Part shown: positions 49,922 to 62,054 of the stretch, in pieces | Layout of the letters: every line of letters begins with the position of its first letter | Numbering within the stretch: position 1 is the first letter of the stretch | Source: Zootoca vivipara | Lineage: Eukaryota | DNA length: 64,000 nt | Assembly (NCBI RefSeq): GCF_963506605.1 | Contig: NC_083281.1 | Span: 47,802,001-47,866,000 of the forward strand | Direction: 5' to 3' | Notes under the pieces: generated by a model | The model's input: only the letters and a program-made list of their open reading frames with translations | The model's database searches: none | What the model was told of the DNA's origin: nothing | Translations under genes and position numbers: made by a program

Positions 49922-50940
49922 TATAATGACACCAATATGCAACTCAACAAGGAAAAAACATCTAAACAGGCGTGGCTGCTGGCTACTTCCCTCCGGAGAT
50001 CCCATCCTGCGAACAAATAAAATGTTTGCATAATCATTATCAAAGCCATAACACCTATTGTCCTACTGAAGTCCTCACATAGGAAAACCTGTCAACCTTT
50101 GTACTTACCTGATTGCTCCCTGTAACTTGTTTCTTCCCGCCCTATTCCTGTCATTTGGTAATATTGGGAAAGAAAAACTATAAAAGTCGGGGGAAATCCT
50201 TTGTTCTGGGTTCTTCGCTCCGTCTAGCTACGTGAGAGGGGAACCGCTGTTGCAACAGCTTTTTATTTTGTCTTAGAATAAATCGCCTTGCTTTTTAGGA
50301 AGTCCTGGTGTGGTCTCTGTCATTTCGCTGTCAGTAAGAGCTCCTAATTTGTACCTCTTACTGAGGTTCTTGGACTCCTCCTGGGTCAGAACCCTTGCTT
50401 CTCTGGGTCTTCAATGCCCCCCCCCCCAAATTCCTATAACACAAGCCAGGCAGGAGTTTCGGTTGCCCAGATTCTGGGGGCGAGGAAGGACTGGTGATCC
50501 AGCATGCACCAGGCCATTTGCCAGGAGGAGCCACCAGTCCTCCAGTGATCCCAGGGTCTGGAAATAACTGGAGTTCCAGCGGGGCTAACCAGAGGAAGCA
50601 AAGCTCGATCGGGCCGGCCTTAAACAACCAGTCAAGAGATCCCTGGATCGCCAGGAACAGCGCACGCAGAAGTGAGTATGAGAGAGAAAATGGGGAATTA
50701 AGGAAACCAGGGTAGTGGGCGAACTAACCACAGCAACTAAAAATCTTCTCTATCTTTACTGTCCAGTAACAAAGGGGGAAGATCAGCCTAATGCTTTCAA
50801 TTAAACTGCATAAGATGGGATATAAACTCTGTTCAGCCCTGCACTTTTAAGCACAAGTGGTAAGCTGATCCTTTTGTCTGTTAAACTCCCCCCCCCCCCG
50901 GTGGGTCTGTAGGGGGATAAAATATAGTTAATTATAGTCC
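49922..50940 (+). mobile_element. ERV-like 5' LTR (49922-50441) with a degenerate primer-binding site (PBS) and leader
   Basis: TATAAAA 50179, AATAAA 50277, end CCTATAACA followed by CAAGCCAGGCAGGAG (similar to the tRNA-Arg PBS TGGCGAGCCAGCCAGGAG), donor-like AAGTGAGT ~50670. Confidence 0.6.
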
Positions 50941-51238
50941 CTCATCTACCTAATAAAACCTTTCAAGCTCTTTGCCTTCCATGAGGCTGCTAAAGAAAAC
51001 CCTGTGTGCCCTGAGCAAAAGTAGAACTGATGGATCCCAGGCCCAGGGAACACCCATCTCACCCAGCTCCCAGTTGGCCTGAGAGGACTCTGCCATTCTC
51101 TGCATTTTATATCATTTATTTGCTTTAGCGTTTTGAAATTGTAATTGACCTTAGGCACCTATAAATACATCAAATAAATAAACCTATGTGTCCTCATAGA
51201 CAGTACAGTGTGCCTCAGATTCACCCTGTGCCCCAATC

Positions 51239-51377
51239 NNNNNNNNNNNNNNNNNNNNNNNNNNNNNNNNNNNNNNNNNNNNNNNNNNNNNNNNNNNNNN
51301 NNNNNNNNNNNNNNNNNNNNNNNNNNNNNNNNNNNNNNNNNNNNNNNNNNNNNNNNNNNNNNNNNNNNNNNNNNNNN
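51239..51377. other. Assembly gap (139 N)
   Basis: Run of N in SDR intron 4. Confidence 1.
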
Positions 51378-51427
51378 TACTCCCGGGCTCCTTAGCACGA
51401 GTCCAGCCTCTCCCCCTCCTTTCCCAC

Positions 51428-51586
51428 CTTGCTGCAGCGGTAGCTGACGTCTTGCTTCCACTCCCACCCGTCAACGAGTGAGATGGAGCCATAGCTGCTC
51501 GACATGTTGATCACGGCGGCTTTGCTGCAGCTCATCCCGCTGTGCGTGCTTTTCTGAGCCGCCATTTTGAGCAAAGGCAAGAAGGC
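51428..51586 (-). CDS. C-factor-like SDR exon 4 (AFLPLLK...AAVINMSS...SYRCSK; catalytic Ser and YxxxK)
   Basis: 159 nt, ttacag| and |gtggga. Confidence 0.95.
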
Positions 51587-51825
51587 CTGTAAAGGGAGAG
51601 AGAAGCAGCACCCATCATCCATTGTTGTGCTTCACCCTATAGGCCCCCACCCATCTCATTCTCTCTCCTGCTAAGAAGCCTCAATTCTTTCCTCCATTCT
51701 TTTAAGATTAGCTGGAGACCGGCTTCCTGCCGCTTCCTCTCAGTGGGAAGAGGCCCACAGCTGGAGAACTGGCTTATGGGTAGGACAAGTGGCCTTGCAA
51801 GGGTTTTAACCAACTCTCTCCTCAC

Positions 51826-52013
51826 CTGACACACCAGCATGGGCCCAGTCGTGTTGGTGGCATATACGGACAACATGTTCTGGGCGTTCTCGGAGCTCAG
51901 AGTTGTTTCACAAGCGATGGCGGCATTATTTATGAGCAGGTTGAGACCACAACCTGCCACACGCTCTTCCACTTTCTTGGCAGCTTCCTTGATGCTGTGA
52001 GGATCTGTGACAT
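51826..52013 (-). CDS. C-factor-like SDR exon 3 (DVTDPHSI...GLNLLINNAAI...NTTGPMLVCQ)
   Basis: 188 nt, phase 1 start, tttag| and |gtgagg. Confidence 0.95.
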
Positions 52014-52202
52014 CTAAATCAACAGAGGAATTTAACAAGTTTGGCAGCTGCTGCCACTCTGCCCCTTCCTGTGGCAAAAAGCAAAATATTTCTGTGGTAA
52101 TTCTGCAATTGTGGAGAATCAGGGTAGGTTAAGGAGAGTGGCAAAGGTATACAGGTGCGAACTGAATTCAAATCTCTCTTTGGCCACTGTCTCTTGCCTT
52201 AG

Positions 52203-52575
52203 CAGGTGGCGCTGTGAGGTGGAGGTGTGAGCCTCCTGGGCTTGCTGATTGGAAGGTCGATGGTTTGAATTCCTGCAACCAGGTGAGCTCCCATTGCTCT
52301 GTCCCAGCTCCTGCCAACCTAGCAGTTTGAAAACACACGAGTGCAAGTAGATAAATGGGTACCGCTGCAGCGGGAAGGTAAACGGCGTTACTGTGCACTC
52401 TGGCTTCCGTCACGGTGTTCCGTTGTGCCAGAAGTGGTTTAGACATGCCAGCTGCATGACCCAGAAAGCGTCTGTGGACAAACGCCGGCTCCCTCTGCCT
52501 GAAAGCGAGATGAGCACCTCACCCCATTGTCGCCTTTGACTGGACTTAACCGTCCAGGGGTCCTTTACCTTTTTT
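52203..52575 (+). mobile_element. Sauria SINE
   Basis: GCAGGTGGCGCTGTG head to GGGGTCCTTTACCTTT tail. Confidence 0.88.
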
Positions 52576-52750
52576 TTACCTAACCCTAGCCTACCTCAGA
52601 GCATTGTGAAGATTAAAGATGGGAATTGTTATCTGCTACCTGCGTTCTTTGGAAGAGGTGGAGGAATTAGGAAAGACGAAGAGCAACAACAAATGGGTTG
52701 CCAGTGGAAAGGGCAGTGCAAGACTATCATAGGTCATGGTGGGTACATAC

Positions 52751-52811
52751 CTAGTTGAAGTAGAACAAGAGTTGAGACGTTTGAATACCTGCGAGCCAGT
52801 TCCTTTAATAC
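52751..52811 (-). CDS. C-factor-like SDR exon 2 (VLKELARRYSNVSTLVLLQL)
   Basis: 61 nt, ctccag| and |gtatgt; links exon 1 (phase 0) to exon 3 (phase 1), giving the ...LQLDVTD motif. Confidence 0.9.
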
Positions 52812-53986
52812 CTGGAGAAAGAGAAATCAGTTTGAGAAAACAGGCAAGTTTACATGCTAGTCCCTAAGCAAGCGCTTGCTCCAAAATTCAAAAGCAACTG
52901 GGCTATGGCTTGGGGGGGAGGGGGAGAGATAAATGGAATCCCTACACAGGTGGGGCAAGCACCTGTTATATCAGGCCCAGTTTCAAAGTCACATTTTCTC
53001 CTACCCCCTGCCCCAGCTTCCATAATATGTATATTATTATAATTATTATAATATTTTATTTTATAATAATTTTATGAGTTTTCAATTACAATCCAATAAT
53101 AGCCTCATTATAACAATATCAATTTATAATACAGTTATTAATATCAATTCAAATACTGAATTATATAATTTAGATAAGGCGGCCCCCCCACGTGCTAGAA
53201 TTGATGGCTTGATTATTTGCTTTATTTCTGCATTCCAAAATCTTAATCATTTGCATTACATTCCAGCCATAATAATAATCCCCTATACAACAACTGCAAT
53301 ATTAATAACTTCTATTCGTGTTGACACTTTAAATGATTTATAAAACAACAAGTGAGGAACTCAAACTATATCCTTCCTGTGTGTGGTAATTATTCTGTCT
53401 GTGGTGGTTCTTCCTATCCTTGTAAGATGTTATGTTTTTCTTTCCCCCGGTTGTTGCTGTTATCCATCATGCCTTGGGCGGAGCTGATATCCCATTGTTT
53501 CTTTAAAAAAAAATCTCCATTGCTCTGTCCTGTGCTTCATTGTTTTGCAACTTTAACAACAGATGCAAAAAACACTCTGTCCCAGTAAATAATCTGTTGT
53601 CACCATTATTATTTTTCTCAGCCTGGGGCAAAGAACAGTCTGTTGAACTGCAGATAAACTCAATAAAGAACTTTATCAGTTCCTTGGCAGTTCACACACT
53701 CCTTTCATCCTTCCATCCAACTGAAGATAAATGAGTAATTACACTTCCTATTAAATTAAATTCTAAGTCCTCTTAGCGTTATTCAGTTCACTCCATTAGT
53801 AATAAAGGATGGGGAAGAGTCAGCTCTAAGCTTCCATCATAAACCTTTTGTAAAATAGAGCTTCCCTCCCTTTTTTTTCTTTTTCACACACACAGTTCCG
53901 TTTAATGTTATATTCCATATCTATAATTTGTGATCTAATCTTTTCTAGCACGCGCCTGTACTTTAGTCCAATAAAACTCTACTTAA

Positions 53987-54300
53987 CAGGGCTTGCTGAT
54001 CAGAAGGTCGGCGGTTTGAATCCCCGCGACGGGGTGAGCTCCCGTGCTCTGTCCCAGCTCCTGCCCACCTAGCAGTTCGAAAGCACGTCAAAGTGCAAGT
54101 AGATAAATAGGTACCACTACAGCGGGAAGGTAAACGGCGTTTCCATGTGCTGTTCTGGTTCGCTAGAAGCGGCTTTGTCATGCTGGCCACATGACCTGGA
54201 AGCTGTACGCCGGCTCCCTCGGCCAATAATGCGAGATGAGCGCGCAACCCCAGAGTCGGTCACGACTAGACCTAATGGTCAGGGGTCCCTTTACCTTTTT
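53987..54300 (+). mobile_element. 5'-truncated Sauria SINE
   Basis: agggcttgctgatcagaaggtcggcgg...ggggtccctttacc. Confidence 0.88.
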
Positions 54301-54564
54301 AACAGGAGAACACCTGCTTCTTAATGGCAGTGTTGGTGGATTTTCAACAGACGAAGTGCTTTTGCACTCAGCGCCTCTCTGCTTCCTGCAATCCATGCTA
54401 GAGTGAGAGCCAGGTACCAAGGCAAACTGCGAGTAAAGCCCGTTTCCCCCCCCCCATTCCCTGGGGGGAATCTGCAAGGATAATTACCCTCACTCATCAT
54501 TGTTTTTCCTTTGCCAATGATCTCCCGCTGTCGTGGGTCTGCCTCCATTAAGGCAGACCAGAAC

Positions 54565-54565
<1 letters not shown>

Positions 54566-54616
<51 letters not shown>
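54566..54616. repeat. (ATT)n microsatellite, probably a retroposon tail
   Basis: ~17 ATT units. Confidence 0.95.
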
Positions 54617-54617
<1 letters not shown>

Positions 54618-54799
54618 TTACATTTGTATACTGCCCTTCACCTGCAGATCTCAGGGTGCTTCACAACATAAAAAAATATGAAAGCACAAAATACAATATA
54701 CAATATAAAAGCACAAAATAAAAAGTACAAAACCACCAAACAATAACCCCACCCCTCCCACAAACACATTTAAAAGGGGTTTAAGATGCTAATCAGCTA

Positions 54800-55110
54800 A
54801 AAAGGTAAAGGTAAAGGACCCCTGACAGTTGTCCAGTCGCAGACGACTCTGGGGTTGTGGCGCTCATCTCGCTTTACAGGCCGAGGGAGCCAGCGTTTGT
54901 CCACAGACAGTTTTTCCGGGTCATGTGGCCAGCATGATTAAGTCGCTTCTGGCGCAATGGAACACCAAAACCAGAGTAGCGCACGGAAAAGCTGTTTACC
55001 CTTCCGCCAGAGTGGTACCTATTTATCTACTTGCACTTTTTGGCATGCTCTCGAACTGCTAGGTTGGCAGGAGCCGGGACCAAGCAACGGGAACTCACCA
55101 TGTCGCAGGG
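54800..55110 (-). mobile_element. Sauria SINE
   Basis: aaaggtaaaggtaaaggacccc tail reading on the plus strand, followed by SINE body. Confidence 0.88.
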
Positions 55111-55906
55111 AAAGTTCTGCATGGGGTCACAGGTGGCAGCTGTTTAGTCTGCTCCCTGAACAGCCACTTTCTACTACAAATTTGCAGAGTTTTGGAATGG
55201 AAAGGGACAGTGGCTTTGCTGGTTTAGAAGTGCACCCATCACTGGCTCCACTTTAACTTCTAACTTTTAACCAATACAACACAAAACACTTCAGTACTTA
55301 GCTCAGCCAACACAAAATGCTTTTGAACCAAATGCAGATAAATGCTGTATATATTAATTAACAGAATTAACAGAATTAATTAACAGAATAAACAGTACAA
55401 GCAGTGTAGTCTGGTACAAAATGAATGCAACGCAGGAAAATGGTTATTTGGTATATCTTCAAGAATGCACATGCAACACCCACCCATTGGAAGATTTCAA
55501 AACCATTCCATTCAAAAATGCCCAGAGTTCAGTGGTTAGAGCCACTGGTTTGCATGCAGAAAGTCCCAGGTTCAATTCCCAATGTCATCTCCTGGAAGAG
55601 CTGGAAGAGACTCCCAAGCCTGAAACTCAGGAGAGCCATTACTGCCAGTGTAGACAACACTGGCTCTCTGCCTGCTTGAACCCTGATTTCATTAATTTAC
55701 TCCCCTGAAAGTAATTTACTCTACTGAAGGAGCCTTCTGAAATCTCCTGGCTCTTGGCCCTCCCTGGTGTCAATTGGAGTCAGGTTGGCTCCCACCTAGG
55801 CTTCTCTGTATTCTTACCCAGATACTCAAGGGGAATAATGGATGGATATTTCAGCCAGCAGATTGGCCAATGTCCAACTGTTTCATCCCAATCCTCAGGT
55901 GCTCAC

Positions 55907-56053
55907 CTGTCCTTCGGGTCCATCTGGATGCCGGCAGGTGGCAAAGATGAGCTGAGGTGGATATGGCAGCTGGAGAAATTGCTCCACCAAACCCAGGCCA
56001 ATCCCCCGGTCGCTTCCTGTCAACAACATGCTCTGAATTCTGAAATCTTCCAT
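55907..56053 (-). CDS. C-factor-like SDR exon 1 (MEDFRIQSMLLTGSDRGIGLGLVEQFLQLPYPPQLIFATCRHPDGPEGQ)
   Basis: gacaacATGG start, TGxxxGxG Rossmann motif, FATCR, donor gtgagc; the six exons sum to 780 nt = 259 aa plus stop. Confidence 0.95.
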
Positions 56054-56424
56054 GTTGTCTGTCCGTCTGTCTGTGTGCCTCTCTCTCCTCTGACTGGAGG
56101 AACCTGGGTGGAGTGGAGATATAAGAGACACTGCCCATCTTCAGCTGATATTAATGGTTATGCAAGTTTGCAAAATGTAAATTAAGTTGTCACAGCACCA
56201 GAGTAATCACACACGAGCAGCTTTAATTTCAGCAACAAGGAACTATTTAAAATGATGCATAACCTCAATGTGTCAAGTTCAGGTGTGACCTGAATGATGT
56301 TGAGACATTTGAAAAATAGGTCTGATCACACCATCTTCCCTGAAAAGCATTAGCAGTGGGTGTTTGATTATGATGTTGACGATGACTTGATCAGTTTGGA
56401 GAGCTCTTGTTGCAATTCATAGAA

Positions 56425-56554
56425 CAGGCATCCCCAAACTGTGGCCCTCCAGATGTTTTGGCCTACAACTCCCATGAGCTAACAGGACCAGTGGTCAGGG
56501 ATGATGGGAATTGTAGTCCAAAACATCCGGAGGGCCTAAGTTTGGGGATGCCTG
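56425..56554. mobile_element. hAT-type MITE
   Basis: CAGGCATCCCCAAAC...GTTTGGGGATGCCTG with TSD TCATAGAA/TCATAGCA. Confidence 0.85.
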
Positions 56555-56752
56555 TCATAGCATCATAGAATTGGAAGGGATCCTAAGGGTCATCTAGTCC
56601 AAACCCCTACAATGTCGGAATCTCAACTATAGTATCTATGACAGATGGCCATCCAATCTCTGCTTAAAAACATCCAAGGAAGGCGAGTCCACGACCTCAC
56701 AAGTGAGTCTGTCCCACTGTCAAACAGCTCTTACTGTCAGAAAGTGCTTCCT

Positions 56753-58162
56753 TTTTTTTTTATTTAAAATGATCTTTATTGAAATTCTTTAAAAAACAAC
56801 ATATAGAAAAAATAAAATGTAGAAAGCAAATATAACAAACATGACAAAGAAAAAACCTAGGAATTAAACAAAGCAAATCAAACAATAATATCAACACAAG
56901 AATTGCCGCAAATGAAAAATAATATCTAACTTAAAATAACCTGACATAACGTAACGTAAAATATCATAACAATTATAACATAACATAACGTAACTTAATA
57001 TAACTTAACATAACAAACACAATTTAATAAAAGAAAAAGAGAAAAAAAGAAAAGAGAAGAGAAAAAAGACATGTTTAAACAAATATTGCATTGCGCATTG
57101 TTAAAATCTGTTGTCCCCCCACCCTTCCCCCCTCCACCATGTCGTGACTTCCAACCTCTCCTATATTCTGACTTAAATTACTCTGATAATCCGCATACAC
57201 CTATCTGATTTAATTTGATTTCATGATATTGTACCCCTCATAAATCCGCTATCAGTTGCGCTTTTTCCACTTGTTTTTGTAAATAGGTCTTGAGTGGTTT
57301 CCACTCTTCTCCTGCTTTTTCTTCGCTTAGACCTTTAGATATCCCAACTTTAATTGCTACATTTTGAGAATTTATTAATTTGGTCAACCACTCTTCTTTG
57401 CTTGGTGTTTTTTCACTTTTCCAATTTTTAGCGACTAAGAGTCTGCCCGCTGTGGTCGCATGCATTAGCACGCATCTGTCTTTTGGTTTTATTTCTTCCT
57501 TCAACATACTCAAGAGGAAGATTTCAGGTTCTTTTTTAAAGGAGTATTTAACTATTTTTTTTAATTCTTTATATATCTCATCCCAGAACTTCTTGATTTC
57601 TTTACAACACCACCAAATGTGTAGGAAGGTACATACTTCAACCTTACACCTCCAGCAGATGTTACTGACCCCTCTATACATCTTAGCCAATTTCGAGGGG
57701 GTGAGATGCCACCTAAATTGCATCTTGAGCACATTTTCTTTTAGGTCGTAATTTGAAATATAATTTGAGTCTCTAATCCATAAACTTTCCCAATTTTCAA
57801 TCGTAATTATTTTTCCCATATCTTGTGCCCACTTTATCATAACTGCTTTGGTTAACTCATCTTTTGTAGCCCAATCTAATAATAATTCATACAAATTTCG
57901 AATAAATTTATCTTTTCCCTCCAATAGTATTTTCCCAAATTTGGATATCTCTCTTTCAAAACCAATTTTTTTTATCTTCCCTAAATTTCTGATTTATTTC
58001 AAAATATTGCAGCCAAACATTGCAATATTTTTTGACTTCATTATATTCTTTCAACTTCAAGTTTCCATTCTCTTCTTCTAAATAAATCTTTATACATTGG
58101 CCAATCTTGATCCATATTAACCCTTTTAACTGCTATTGCTTCTTTAGGTGACAACCACCACG
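56753..58162 (-). mobile_element. 5'-truncated L1-clade LINE inserted in a CR1 fragment (CR1 ~56555-56752 and ~58163-58430)
   Basis: 228-aa ORF with CWRCxxxxxTFLHIWWCC cysteine-rich motif, poly(A) tail, TSD GTGCTTCCT at 56744-56752 and 58163-58171. Confidence 0.9.
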
Positions 58163-58429
58163 GTGCTTCCTGATCTTCCGTTATAATCTCCTTTCTTGTA
58201 ACTTGAAGCCACTGGCTCGAGTCCTACTTTCTGGAGCAGGAGAAAACAAGCTTGCTCCATTCTCCTTGTGAAAGCCCTTCAGATCTGAAGATGGCTATCA
58301 TATGTTCTCTCAGTCTGTTCTTTTCCAGATTAAACATACCCAACTCCCTAAACTGTTGCTCATAAGGCTTGGTTTCTCAACCCATAATCATCATTGTTGC
58401 CCTCCTTTGCAACATGTTCCAGCTGCTGC

Positions 58430-59245
58430 ATCACACAGTTGACATTCCTGCCTAATTGTAGAATCTGAAAGTCCTTAAATGGATCACGGTGCCAGATTTT
58501 ACCCGGCGGAGAACAAGCTGTGAAGCTTCGTATAATCGGCAAATGTCCAAATCTGATGTCCAACTCTGAACTCTGCTGAACAGTGTTTCCGGATAACAAC
58601 TACCGTTTCATTGAATTCTTCATCAGCCAATTAGTTCAACACTCGTAAGTAGAAAGATATGTATTTTCTTCATTAACTGAAAATAAAATATTCAAACGAT
58701 GACCTGCCACATGCATAACAACAACTTCAAGTAGCATAGAAATTATAAACTGTAACATAAAGAAGTTACATACCCAATCTTTTTTCGAATATGGCAGATA
58801 TAATATACATGTGAATGAAAAATACTCTGGAACAGTGCTCATGCGATTATGTAGTCACTGTTACTGACAACATTTTTTGAAAAATATATATAGCCAACCC
58901 CAGGTGATACTAATAACAAGGAGACCGAGTTTAAAGACACAGTACAAAGTAACAGATAATCAAATAAAACAATTGAGGTCTAATTCAGAGTTAATTCCCC
59001 CTGGATGAATAGTTTTAAACATAAAAATAAAACGGGTTTCTTGCTGCCATAACTGTCACTCATAATCTTTTCTGATACTAATTGTCTTCTGGTTCACCCA
59101 TAAAACTGTAAATAATAAATCCGTGTCTGAATGATTGTGAGAAACAAAATGTTCTACCAGAGGTGCCTCCATGTTGGCATTATGTATGTGTGAGTGATGT
59201 TCCCCAATCCAAACCCCAGCTGCTCGAGTGGTAGAGCCTATATAC
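58430..59245 (-). mobile_element. Penelope-like element fragment (GIY-YIG endonuclease C-terminus plus 3' terminal-repeat region)
   Basis: YIGSTTR...IGEH...PLVEHF...H...QETRFIFMFKTIHPGGINSELD. Confidence 0.8.
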
Positions 59246-60590
59246 AATATTTAAATAATATTTATTAAGAATTATAGCAACACAAATAAAGAGTAACACA
59301 AATAAATAGATAAGACAATACAGCAATACAATAAAAGAAGAAACCACATAATTAACAACCTCCATCACCTTGATCTTTAATATTTAATACTTCTTCAATT
59401 GCAACTTATAATTCCCCCCATCCTATTTTATTCTGCTATGTTGTTTATTTTTATTCTTAATATACACATTCTTTTCATTATATTATCCAATAACCTTGCA
59501 ATTCAAAATCTACTCTATTTCCTATTGCCTACTTTCCCTTTCCCTATTTCCTCATCTATCTCTCTTCACTTTCCTATTCTTTATTATCTTTTTTTCATAT
59601 ATAATTCTACGCTTTCCCATTCTTTATTAGCTTTCTGGATAGAGCCTCCTCTTACTAATACTGTTAATTTTGCCATTGTCATAAACTCACAATTTTTTAT
59701 CTCCATTCCAACAATTCTGGTATTGTTGTTGTTTTCCAATTCTTAGTGATTAATATTCTTGCTGCTGCCGTCCCATAAAGAAATATATTCCTTTTGTCTT
59801 TTGGGATGTCATCCGTTAGTAAGCCCAGTAAGTATGCCTCTGTTTTTTTGTGAATTGTCATTTTCAATATATTTTTTAATTCTTTATGAATCTTAACCCA
59901 GAACTGCTTTATAGACCTACATCCCCACCACAGATGGTAGAGAGTTCCTACCTCTGCATTGCACTCCAGCAGAGATTGGAAGAGTTTTTATAGATCTTGG
60001 CCAACTTCACTGGAGTGAGATACCAGCGATGACACTTTTCCATAATATTTTCTCTTATCGAATAGCGTGCGGCAAAGTTTATATCATGGCTCCATAATTT
60101 TCCCCATCTATCTAAATTAATTGCGTTGCCCAAATCCTGCAACCATTTTATTGTAGTTTCCTTTATAATTTCTTCTTTTAACTCCCATTCTAATAATATA
60201 TTATACATTCTCGTTTTTATTTTTTATCTGATTTTAATAATTCATTTTGTAATTTAGAAATTCCTTGTTCAAAACCTTTCTTCTTATCCTCTTTGACCAG
60301 GTTTGCAATCTGATAATATTGAAGCCAACTGCTACAATATACTTTAATCTCCGCATAAGGTTATAATTTTACTACACCTTGTTCTTTTACTAATAATTCC
60401 TGGTATGTTGGCCAGATCTTTCCCATATTTAATTTTTTAAGTCCTATGACCTCTAGTGGTGAAACCCACCAGGGTGTTTTTTGTTCAAGCAGCCATTGAT
60501 GAGTTACCCATACCTTGTACAAGGATTTTTTAATTATATGGTTTGAGAAAACTTTGTTTACCGCCACCTTCCCATATATCAGGTAGGAGT
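59245..60590 (-). mobile_element. Second L1-clade LINE 3' fragment
   Basis: KTPWWVSPLE, RWYLTPVKLAKIY...CW, related to the 56753 element. Confidence 0.85.
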
Positions 60591-61117
60591 GCCACCATGG
60601 GCGTAGGCAGGGGGGGCAGGAGGGGGCAGCTGCCCCCCCCAGAAGCAAAATATTAATGTATTTTACAGACCATAACCAGCACTTTTCCCCTCCAAAAACT
60701 GAAGTGGAAAGGGCTTTGCTTTAGCAAGAGCAGCTCAGTCTCCACTTGCTGGGGGGGGGGGGAGGGTGGGAACACAGCTGTAACAAAAACACATCAAATA
60801 AATAAAGCAAAGTGGCTACCGGTAGTTAAGCAGTTAAGACAATGGAGCAGATACCCCCAGGCAAGATGTGATAGCTCACCACTTCACCCTATTGTTCTTC
60901 AGTGGGAGTTGTCAATGAGCATTCAGGGATCAAATTAATAGTTCCATTGGCAATTTAATGAGGGTGCAGAGGATTCAATTTGACTAAGGTGGCTCTGCAA
61001 GGCTAAAAGGAAGTGAATAAGAAAAAGGGGGGCTGTAGCTTTGATAGACACAGTGATGTTTATAAAAAGCAGTGGTGTTCCAGTCTGCCCCTCCTCCTGC
61101 ATCTGTATACTGTAAAT

Positions 61118-61457
61118 CAGGGGTGACCACCTCCCAAGAGACTCTGATCTACTCACAGAGTTTAAAACTGGGAGTGATCTACCCCCTTTTGGGGGGTTCA
61201 GATCAAAGCTGTTGAGTTTTTTTTTAAGGAAGGGAAGCCCTGTTTTGGGGGGTTTAGGTCAAACTTGTTGAGCTTCTTTTAGGAGGGAGGGAGGCCCATT
61301 TTTGTTTAGGGCTTCAGGTCATAGTTCAGCTTTTTTTTAGGGAGGAGGGAAATTTTGGGTGAGCTTTTCTTAGGGGTGCCAGTGATCTAGCAGTGATCTA
61401 CCACAGACATCCAGTGATCTACTGGTAGATCACAATCTACCTGTTGGGTGTGCCAGC
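61118..61457. mobile_element. hAT-like non-autonomous element with GATCTAC subterminal motifs and internal repeats
   Basis: CAGGGGTG start, repeated gatctac and gtagatc, degenerate internal tandem repeats. Confidence 0.6.
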
Positions 61458-62054
61458 TGTAAATCAAGCAGAGAGAAAGCTGCTTACAAGGCTCCTGTAC
61501 AGGCGTACGGGTATCTTCCTCTTGCTGCAGAGTTCCAGCATCACAGCGTCACCCAGAGGCACCCACAAATATGAGTTATCCCTCTCTCTATTTCTTCCTT
61601 CCTTCCCTCCCTCTTCCATCCTTAATAAAATACTGGGGGGGGGGGCAGATAAGCACCACATAGAAAGCCCATCAACATGGGGGGGATGACTCTTTCAAAT
61701 ACGGTATTTACCAGTAATTGGGGGGGGGGGCACCTAGGCCTCTAGGAGTTGGCTGCTATGCCTAGGAGTAGGACAATTCAAGAAAGCAGAATGATGCATA
61801 TACTATGGTAATATATCAATAGAATCATAGAATTGTAGTCGGAAGGGACCACAAGGGTCATCTAGTCCAACCCCCTGCAATGCAGGAATTTCCCCCCAAG
61901 GTGGGGCTTGAACCCACAACATGGTTGAACTATTATGCTGATATGCAGCAACGCCTCGGAGCTGTCGTAACTGCCAGCGTGCTCTGAAAATGACATGTAT
62001 ATCTGTACAGTTGAAGGTATGCAAAAAAATGTATTCCCTTGGGATACAGTATAT

